Assembly (NCBI GenBank): GCA_009103225.1
Contig: RHPI01002090.1
Coordinates: 401,680-416,148, forward strand
DNA length: 14,469 bases
Origin: Chlorokybus atmophyticus
Lineage: Eukaryota; Plantae; Mesostigma and Chlorokybus algae
Reading direction: 5' to 3'
Made by a program: the position numbers and the translations under genes. Positions 7,801 through 14,469 of the stretch are shown piece after piece; positions within the stretch are counted from its first letter, which is position 1; every line of letters starts with the position of its first letter. The notes under the pieces are model-generated. The model made no database searches. It saw only the letters and a program-made list of their open reading frames with translations, and had not been told where the DNA came from.

Positions 7801-8489
7801 TTCAGCAGAACATGAGCACAGCTTATCATCCACAAACGGATGGTCAGACAGAGCGCGCCAATCAAGTGATTGAGGAAACCATTCGGCATTATGTGAGTCC
7901 AAACCAGTCTGACTGGGATATCTATCTCCCAATGGCTGAGTTTGCGATTAACAATGCTTGGCAAGAGAGTGTGCAGGAAACTCCGTTTTTCTTGAACTAC
8001 GGAGTGCATCCACTAAGTCCTGCGAACATCAAGTTGCCCGCTACCGACATAACTCGCGTACCTGCAGCACGCGAGATGGCTTCGGCCATGCAGGATAGGC
8101 TAGCGCTGGCAAAGGACTGTCTGCGCGCAGCGCAAGACAGACAAAAAGCCCATGCTGATGCGCATCGTAGAGAGGCCAGCTACGATGTGGGCTGTTCGGT
8201 GCTTTTAAGTACCAAAAACATATCCATTAAGGGAGTGGGTACCTGCAAGTTTTTCCCTCGCTGGATAGGCCCTTTCAAGGTAATTGATCGGGTCGGCACT
8301 CACGCGTATCGTTTGGAATTGCCAAAGTCAATACGCATTCACAATGTGTTTCACGTGAGTGTAATGAAACCGTATCGTTCTGACGGTCGGGTTCAACCTC
8401 AACTTCAGTTCAACCTCAACCTCAACTTCAGACTACCAACTAACAGCCAACCATGTGAGCTATTGCGCACTTGCATGGAAGGGTACTAG
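4854..8489 (+). CDS. pol: Pol polyprotein: extra N-terminal module, protease, RT, RNase H, integrase; last ~30 codons are non-element sequence
   Basis: Protease LIDTGATHNF (Asp codon 5328). RT LRMCVDYRALN, MPFGL-like VLPFGLTNAP and YLDD (6345-6356). RNase H SDAS...EQELL...TDH. Integrase H-H-C-C, SDRD, QTDGQTERANQ, and the GPF/HNVFHVS tail. The ORF is in frame with gag across the TAG at 4851-4853. Confidence 0.96.
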   Translation, partial: DYVVTDVKVVDGQLLVLLANWFDELSQVHVMTHAWQTHSKLPLFDVAKVEENACVLVHVEFNMLTNVLHTLTELQSKHRTLSVVVMVPKYHGPWLKHTRGGTVLKQFSKRETGTVRLSAILLNPRISHGLLATFQGRVVPLLWTFSGTMQGITSSFLIDTGATHNFIEEQWVVRNKVACKPSAFSAAGAGGTLPVKGEIKMKVKIGNYHANLTFIVVSINIMGVDVVLGQEWQDNVKMTLDTGARLCTVKKGRKRVTLSVKGSHSLEHKQTDPALLSALQVKRALRKNTPAFLVHLTSSDDFVPGSTAGVADIIEKYQDIFSDELPGLPPDRGVGHTIPLIPDSEPPFRPIYRLSPNERGEMETQIKDLLEKGLIEPSDSPFGAPILFVMKKNGKLRMCVDYRALNKITVNNRYPLPRIDDVFDKLSGNAYFSTLDLTSGYHQIRIHPSDVYKTAFRTPSGHYQYKVLPFGLTNAPAVFQKEMNKIFDNMLGKHVMVYLDDIIVFSKTKEEHRKHLEAVFALLRTHRLFANLPKCDFGKTELPFLGHIVSGAGVKPDPRKVQVVKDWPQPKNIHQLRSFLGLANYFRKFMMGYSTAVMPLTKLLRKDAPFSWTAAQEAAMQQVKLALTSAPVLALPNWDKRFTVVSDASTLGCGAVLLQDSRPCAYESRKFIPAEVNYTTTEQELLGIVHALETWRCYLEGVQFTVVTDHNPLVYFSTQLNLSRRQARWNEFLSRFTFEWVYRPGKTNVADPLSRCPSLLAVMRAHLLATQGTLPPNDEFVQAVLQGYILDPWFSMQGNVQQLNKRDNLYYMGACLVIPNHAGLRMKCIAEVHDPPYAGHFGGRKTTKAAQQLYWWPSLPVDVKQYVDTCDKCQRDKPLRQKPAGLLRPLPVPDGKWESVSMNLIVELPETAFGHTAVAVFVDRLTKMVHIVPCRTEIGSRELAMVFVASVFKLHGLPRNFVSDRDPRFVSQFWKSLCSFLHIQQNMSTAYHPQTDGQTERANQVIEETIRHYVSPNQSDWDIYLPMAEFAINNAWQESVQETPFFLNYGVHPLSPANIKLPATDITRVPAAREMASAMQDRLALAKDCLRAAQDRQKAHADAHRREASYDVGCSVLLSTKNISIKGVGTCKFFPRWIGPFKVIDRVGTHAYRLELPKSIRIHNVFHVSVMKPYRSDGRVQPQLQFNLNLNFRLPTNSQPCELLRTCMEGY
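4863..5230 (+). other. Putative degenerate Dam-like (N6-adenine methyltransferase-fold) domain between Gag and protease
   Basis: CVLVHVEFNMLTNVLHTLTELQSKHRTLSVVVMVPKYHGPW matches the spacing of the retroelement Dam/MT pattern (vw.NPPF..l..vL.......s.vlvvP.W...W). NPPF is replaced by HVEF (5025-5036). Recognised by eye only. Confidence 0.5.
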
Positions 8490-8565
8490 CACGATGCTTG
8501 CCGCGCACGTCATTTGGCCATTTTGGCCGTTGCCATTGAAGCTCACATCAACTCCTCCAATGTAT
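8428..8565 (+). repeat. Repeat copy 1, segment C (homologous to ~10623-10780)
   Basis: Shared CTAACA..CAACC.TGTGAGCTA, TGCAT.GAAGGGTA, GTCATTT and CATT.TGGCCGT.GCCAT..AAGCTCAC.TC. Confidence 0.85.
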
Positions 8566-9887
8566 TGCGTTCGTTCCACTTGCGCATCAAATTAAAATGA
8601 ATGTGTAGCCAACACTTGCTATGTATTCTAGATAGGGGATCACTTTCATGGGGCACTGACATTGATGGCAAGGGCATTCTCTCCATCAACAAATGCAAAT
8701 GTTTAGCGCTGTCATGTGCATTGCATTGGAAACCAGTGTGTTGGCTTTGCAAGTCTTGATGCTCTTAATTGTCTCGATTTAATTATGATGTTAAAGAGCG
8801 CGCATGCGCACCACATGGGTGTCATGCATGAGCACAGTTAGGGCGTGCCGCATGACTTCCACCTCTCCAAGCGCAAGTACAACAAGACCTCATGATGAAT
8901 CCCGGTGCCACCATGCCAGTGTACCTCGCACTTGTAAACTTGCACGTGCATCCGTATGACGTTTGCCGCAATTTGTGGTGGGTCGGCGCTCGCCTGCTGA
9001 CCCTTTGCAACAAGCATGCACATTTTGGGGAGTCATCATATTACTGCTTGTGGTGCTGCTGACCACCGCCATGTACAGGCGCAAAGACTTAGCACACGTA
9101 TGGTGTTGATAAGCAGAAGTAGCCAACAATCAAAGTTTGCACTATCATACTCTGCTGCATGCTGACGCCATTGCCTCATGTTGCCACTGCCAACAGCACT
9201 TGGTTTGCCAACTGACAATGACAAGTGCCTGTCATTTAACACTGGATTACAGGCTATGTTTACAAAACATTGATTCTTCAAGTTAAGTTTGCGCATGTTG
9301 ATGTCGGATCAACTCTTTAGGGCGCTGCTCTGCCTGCAAAGCACAGATGCACAATTGCACGTGTTTGCGCGTGTTTTTATACAACACGCGCAGGCACGAG
9401 TGTTTCGGAACACGCACAAACCAACCTTGCGTATGGGTTTAGCCACGATGCTGGCAGCACAGCGTGAGCAGCCTGACCGCCTGCAGCGCAGAGTTTTAGA
9501 GAGCAAGAGCACAAAAACACAATTTGTCCACAGAGGGCCAGATATGATGCGCGCAAGACTCTTGCTCACATCAAACTTTGAGAGACATGTCCGCACGACA
9601 ACATGAGGATGCTTTATTTAATGCACCGCACCTCACATGTGTCCTGCCAGGCCCGTAAGAGGGAGCCAATTCCCTGCGGTGGATGTCTCCCTAGCAGCGT
9701 ATGCCTTTGCGTCCACAGCTGTCAGCCCGTCCAGTTTTAGAAACTGTGGTAGCACATTGGTATTTGGGCCACTACACCGCCTCTGAACGAAACGGCTCAT
9801 ACATTCTTACCAACTTTGATGGTTGGAATGTCCGCGAGTATGACGAGCTGGCAAGCCAATCTACAGCCTGACAAATTGTACGGTTTT

Positions 9888-10780
9888 ATAAGCGACACTA
9901 GAGAGTATTTACAAGGTGACGCATGCAACCATTAAATGTAGGATGTGTGAAGCTCGGATGAATATCTGCTGCAATCAACTTTCAATTGTAGCGCATCCTG
10001 AAACAACAATTGCTGATCACTTACCCCATGAGTGTAGATAGCCATTTTCATCAACCATAAGCACCTGCCATGCCCTTGTCAACACAATCAACGTGACAGT
10101 GAGAATGGATAGTGCAGCAGTCATAATGACATGGGTAACAATGACTTAAGTGGGTTGCAGACTTGCCTGGGGCATGACGGCAAGTTGGCTTGCACGCAGC
10201 TGTGCGAGTGACAACAGCACTGGGCACTGCAGCAGCAATATGGGATGACACACGCATGACTGAGAATGCCATGAGTAATCAATGTTTGGCTGAGTGCAAT
10301 GTGCATGTGTGCGGTGGGGGCGTGGGGGCATGTGGACATGACGTTGGCATGCATATGACAAGTGCGCGCACGCGTGCATTTATATGTGAGTGTTATCGCA
10401 TGCGTGCGTGCCATGCAGCAAAAGACACAGCACGCACTGCAAGCAACCTAGCAAGCAGTACAAGTTGCAATAAGGCAAGCGTGCATGTATCTCACAAAAA
10501 GCCAGATAGCTGGCAACGCAAGGCGCGGTGATCAGCATGGACATCATGACTCGTGAACAACCTGCCAAGGTGCGACGTATTCAATTCACAACTTCCAGAT
10601 GCTGCTAAAAACGTTGAAAGTCTCAGCCACCATCTAACAATCAACCCTGTGAGCTACGGCGCATCTGCATCGAAGGGTATTCCATCACAACGAGTGTCGC
10701 ACACGCCAACTGGCCACTGGTCATTTACCCCATTCTGGCCGTCGCCATCAAAGCTCACGTCGAATCTGCCAAAGTATCCC
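9888..10780 (+). repeat. Repeat copy 2, uninterrupted
   Basis: Contains segments A, B and C contiguously and in order, plus ~10410-10620, which is absent from copy 1. Confidence 0.88.
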
Positions 10781-10905
10781 AGTGGTGGCAGGTGAGGCGC
10801 CTCCACAGTCGTCTACCATAGAGGACGCAAGAGAGCAGCGGTTGATATCGAGGACTCTCCCTCTAAGCTCGTCCTGCTGTCTGCTTACGGAAGACAGAGC
10901 GACAC

Positions 10906-11005
10906 TTGCAAGCGAGTCAGTCTGCTATACAACAGTTGCAAACGTGCAGACGAGCAACAATTGCAAGCGAGTCAGTCTGCTAAAAACAATTACAAATGAG
11001 CAGAC
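10906..11005 (+). repeat. Tandem duplication, ~55-bp period, 2 copies
   Basis: TTGCAAGCGAGTCAGTCTGCTA is identical at 10906 and 10961. The following sequences also align (ACA.TT.CAAA.G.GCAGAC). Confidence 0.85.
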
Positions 11006-11399
11006 ACATGCAAGCATGCGCGCACATGCGCGCATACAAACATGCTTGCGCGCGCACATAGGCACGCACGCAGGCGCGGACGCACATACTGATGTACACG
11101 CGGGCAGGCACCAGGCACACGTCGAGACACTTACAATGCAGTAGTTGCGTGTGCGTCTGCTGCTGTTGTCGCGATTGGCATGCGTGTCATGGCTAGCAAT
11201 GTATACTAAAAGGCATATAGCTGGTAGCTGATTGCAAAGCGGTAGCTTAAGCTGCTTTGGAGAGCTACTAATGCTGCCGCACTTGCAAGTTAGAGCATAT
11301 GCACCTGGCTTTCTGCTGTATTTCTGTCTTTCATGTCACTTGTTCGCGACAAGGCACTGAGAGTGACTGCACAGCACCTCTTTATTGTGCCGAGCTGCC

Positions 11400-11787
11400 A
11401 AGTCTGCTCGATTTGGGGGCTTGGCAAGCATTGCGAACTTCGGTGAGAGTCGGGCCGCAGCTCGCTTATTGCCCCATGCAAGCGGCTCGATGCGCAGGTT
11501 GTTGTTGTCGTCATCATCACACCTTTGCCAATGCTATAGGCGGCAGCGTTCTCTGCAACCAATGGCAAATTGCACGCCAGATCTGTGATGGCCACCCTGG
11601 CGCCCCCCCAATTGCGCTAACACTAAGCCTGGCAAACGTAACAAAACGTGAATGACTCACTGTGTTTCAACGAGACTGGTTGGACATCAAGCTGTTCAGT
11701 GCTGCCGAGTTCAATGCAGCGTTTGCCTTTGAGGTGTTGAGGCCAGCGCTCCGCATACTTGGCAAGCACAATGGAGCTGTCCCAAAC
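11400..11787 (-). pseudogene. METTL21/Methyltransf_16-like protein methyltransferase fragment, frameshifted
   Basis: VWDSSIVLAKYAERWPQHLKGKRCIELGS (11787-11701). After an acceptor at 11629: GLVLAQLG, a shift in a G7 run (11603-11609), ARVAITDLACNLPLVAENAAA, a shift at ~11520, then NLRIEPLAWG (W at 11476). Motif I is cut after ELGS. Confidence 0.85.
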
Positions 11788-12071
11788 TGCATTGTCATGC
11801 AAATTTCAACAATGCGCAGCTTAACAGAATATCACGCAGTGCTTGTGGCCAGATGTGCTTGTGGCCAGCACATATAGTGCCATTGAGTTGCAGACGTCAA
11901 GCCTGTACCTAGCGTGGTTGCTATCAAAGACGCGGCCAGACTGCTGCAACTGCATGGTCGTGCTGGTTCATCTCTTTGCGCAGTCCTTACAGACACCATG
12001 CTTTAACATGCACGGCCAGCGTGCTTTCTCTGCAAGCATGTACAATGCACACACTGTAGTTCGACCAGTAC

Positions 12072-12993
12072 CAGATTGAAAGACGCCAGAAGCAGGGTAC
12101 GAGGCGGCGGCAGGCAATGCACGGTGCCCATGGTGTGGCGCTGTCGTAGCACTGCCCTTATGCCCAACATTCCCAGCTCCTGCTCATGGACACGTGGTAT
12201 GTGCACAACAAGCTCCTACCTCTTGCCCCCTCTCTCGCAAGTCATGCGGGCCATAGAAAGCCTAGCTGCAAGAGAGTGTCCACTATACAGAAGGTCTGTT
12301 CGCTGAACTCTGCAGGCGCCACATGGATGGCAGCCACCCCCAACGAGACTTCAGCGGCCTCATCATCAGCACTTGCGGTATACAACACCTGCACAGATGA
12401 TGGAGCAATGCTTCAGTATACAACAACCATTGGCAACGCATGCCAGGCACTTGCCTTCCTCAATGCTTTGCACGCCTGGCAAGACACGAGTTAAGCCTTC
12501 TGCTTGCAGCATGTCATGGAAAGAGTTGTACTTCACAGCCTGGAGAGTCGTGCACATAGCATTTAAGTAAACAACATGTCCATTCATGGATGAGTCCTCC
12601 ACTGCTAGTGAAGTTGCAGGCAGCAGCACAATCTCTCCACAACATCGCCACCAGTCTGCAACGAGATAATACTATGCGCACCTGAATGTGCAGCATCAGG
12701 CTGTTGCTCACCAGCAACTGGTCTCCAGAGGCCAAACTGTACACACAACATGACCATAAGGCGACCACTGCTCATCATAAAAGTGTGACAACGCTATATG
12801 GTTACCAGTAACTCAGGCATGCATCAGCAGTTAAACAGTGGCCTTGCAAGCAAATTGCGCACAGCTCAGCATTATAATGCACCCAGCTTTGAAAGGCTCA
12901 CCATGAGCTGACTGAAACAGCAAATCACTTCTCTTCATCCTCACCTGCGGTAGGGTGGAGCTGCGCACCTGCCCTCTACGCTCTTGCTGCCTT
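12072..12993 (-). pseudogene. Spliced, decayed gene for a plant-type ASCH (PUA-like, RNA-binding) domain protein
   Basis: Phase-compatible exons: 12993-12945 (GSKSVEGRCAAPPYR), 12736-12682 (LASGDQLLVSNSLMLHIQ), 12539-12455 (AVKYNSFHDMLQAEGLTRVLPGVQSIEE), 12388-12266 (GVVYRK/frameshift/DDEAAEVSLGVAAIHV...DTLLQ) and 12179-12072 (ELGMLGIRAVLRQRHTMGTVHCLPPPRTLLLASFNL). These match the ASCH pattern K.vEGR...GD...Y.sF.eml..egl..vlPgv.sieeG...Y...GV.ai.v and the family motif HT.GTV..LPPP. Lesions are a frameshift near 12370 and a CT in place of the GT donor at 12265. Confidence 0.82.
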
Positions 12994-13211
12994 CTGCAGA
13001 TGTGGCAATCGCAGAACGGTGCAACGCCACTTACGACCAGCAATAGAGCTCCAACCGCTGCCAAAACAGGAGTTTGTGTGCATTCCAACTGCCAACAACT
13101 GCTCCATATTCACACAGTCAGATGATGTGACTCGCACCATCAGTCAGCCTTACACCTGCCACCGTCGCCCCGACAACAAGCTGTCGTTTACCCATCAACA
13201 CGCTGACATAC

Positions 13212-13402
13212 CCTCGTTGAGCTTAGCGCCAACCACGGCGGCCATGTCGTTGTCGTTGTCGGAGCAGGCGGCGGAGGAGGAGGGCGCGGGGGGCGGGAAC
13301 GGAGCGGAGTGATGGTCCGGCAGTTGATGTCCAGGGCGTTGCGCACAAGTTCGGTCGTGCGCAAATCGCTGGAAAACCCTGGGCCAAGCCCTGCTGCGGC
13401 AC
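13212..13402 (-). other. Probable upstream exon of the minus-strand gene
   Basis: GC-rich block with a branch-like CTAAC and a GCAG acceptor (AG ends 13403) on one side and a GTATGT donor (13211) on the other. A further donor GTAACT is at 13662, with a CA/TACA-rich intron between. Reading frame unresolved. Confidence 0.4.
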
Positions 13403-14114
13403 CTGCGGCAGAGGCCACCAGAGCAATCAGACAGGAGGTTAGTGCTGTGGTTTACGTGTGTGTATGTGTATGTGTGTAGCGTATATGCAATGCTATGCAT
13501 GTGACCCCATTGCATTGTGCACATGCATGACACATGCAAACACAAGCGCACTCGCACACGCCAGCAAACAACAACTTGTTACACCACCGGGCTACCTATA
13601 CATACTAGGAAGCTACCTTCGCTAAGCCCTTGCCCCGTTAGTCAACATGCATGCGTAGTTACCTGCACACAATGGCGATTCAAACAGTTAGGCACCGGGT
13701 GAGGCTGAGCGGTAGCAGTAGCAGACAGCAGACGGACTCCCCCTTCTCTGTCTCCCTCTCTCTCCGCCTCTTTCCTGCCGCCTCCCTGCTTGCAGTACGT
13801 GCGCTCCTTGCACTACGTGCTGCTGTTGACGCAGCCAGGGTTGCATCGCCTACGTCAGCAGTATGCTACTGCTGGCATGCCTGCCGCGACTCGCCCTCAC
13901 GGGCAGTAGTGGTTCAATGCCGCTAGTCCTGCCAGTGCAGTGTGCTAGGGGTTGGGGTGCCAGTGGCAGTCAGGTGCTGCGGTGGGGTTGGGTGGTGGGG
14001 TTGGAGTGACACGTCCTTCGCACGGGCAAGCTGCTATTACCATGCAGCTTGCTCCCCGCGCATGATGCTTGTCCAGCAGTGTGTAACGCCGGCAGATGCA
14101 CTGTGTCGTCAGCG

Positions 14115-14468
14115 TTATGGTTGCTGCTTGACTTTCTTCACCACCATCATGTACAACAGCATTGGTGGTGTACAGTAAACATAGTCCTTGCTGCGCGGTA
14201 GGCGTTGCCTCAGGGTAGTCAGCAGCTTGTTCAAAGGGTGTCCATCATGTTGCATGGCGTGCAATAAGTCCGTCATGGCTGTGAGGAAGTGTGCTCTGTA
14301 TGTGCAAACGCGGGTGAAGCGCGCATACTGCGAGCTGATGACACCCAGCTGCACAGCGCGTGGGGTGTTCGAGGTTGGCAACGGCGCGCGGTGGCACGGT
14401 ATAGCGGAGTAGGCTGGCAAGTCTCGTTTACTGTACAGTTTGGTGCAGATGCCGTCCTCAGTTTGAAA
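14115..14468 (-). mobile_element. C-terminal end of a Penelope-like element reverse transcriptase (runs in from beyond the window)
   Basis: TKLYSKRD...RAPLPTSNTPRAVQLGVISSQYARFTRVCTYRAHFLTAMTDLLHAMQHDGHPLNKL matches the PLE thumb pattern LYdKr...fPh..S.......gvi.SQl.Rf.r.c....F......L...l...Gy. The frame is open from the window edge to TAA at 14115. Confidence 0.78.
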
Positions 14469-14469
14469 C

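Larger units (their letters stand above)
2161..8400 (+). mobile_element. Ty3/Gypsy LTR retrotransposon (probable chromovirus), 3'-truncated
   Basis: 5' LTR with TGTAA...TTACA ends, PBS, gag with zinc knuckle, and pol in Gypsy order PR-RT-RH-IN. The integrase GPY/F tail is present. No second LTR copy or PPT was seen downstream. The chromovirus call is an inference because no chromodomain is present. Confidence 0.95.

Noticed and set aside
3429-8009. Antisense and alternative-frame ORFs overlapping gag and pol
   Set aside because: Shadows of the long coding frames with no independent motifs.
10906-11015. CRISPR-like pattern (22-bp identical repeat, 33-bp spacer)
   Set aside because: Only two repeats, the spacers align with each other, the context is eukaryotic and no cas genes are present. 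It is a tandem duplication.
11005-11110. Hairpins in alternating purine-pyrimidine tracts (also 2062-2160 and 13455-13560)
   Set aside because: GC/CA/TG low-complexity sequence self-pairs by chance and is common in such genomes.
12514-13088. KDZ/Zisupton CxC-like transposase reading of the Cys-rich minus-strand ORFs
   Set aside because: The spliced reading gives a much better, phase-consistent ASCH match. The cysteines come largely from intron sequence.
14100-14112. Hammerhead ribozyme core (CTGACGA on the minus strand) after the PLE stop
   Set aside because: No GAAA and no flanking stems at the required spacing.
8400-14469. A displaced 3' LTR or polypurine tract of the Gypsy element
   Set aside because: No LTR-diagnostic sequence (TGTAACGGTG, GATATCGACATGAGAC) was found again on either strand by eye.

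Overview
This is eukaryotic nuclear DNA, most likely from a chlorophyte green alga. That host call is an inference from intron style, CA/TG tracts and the transposon types present. The centre (2161-~8400, +) is a Ty3/Gypsy LTR retrotransposon, probably a chromovirus. It has a 346-bp 5' LTR made almost entirely of back-to-back hairpins, a tRNA-Met-like PBS and a long leader. Gag (CCHC knuckle) is followed by an in-frame TAG and then an open pol. Pol carries an extra ~120-aa module before the protease that resembles a degenerate Dam-type adenine methyltransferase, then PR-RT-RH-IN. The element's 3' end (C-terminal tail, PPT, 3' LTR) was deleted together with ~210 bp of host flank. It sits inside a diverged ~0.9-kb repeat whose uninterrupted second copy is at 9888-10780. 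The first copy is also split by an unidentified 1.7-kb insertion. On the minus strand, 11.4-13.0 kb holds a spliced, decayed gene region. A plant-type ASCH-domain protein runs into a METTL21-like methyltransferase fragment about 200 nt downstream, a possible fusion. The window ends in the C-terminus of a Penelope-like reverse transcriptase. Family assignments come from motif recognition by eye and need profile searches. Most short ORFs in the track are noise.
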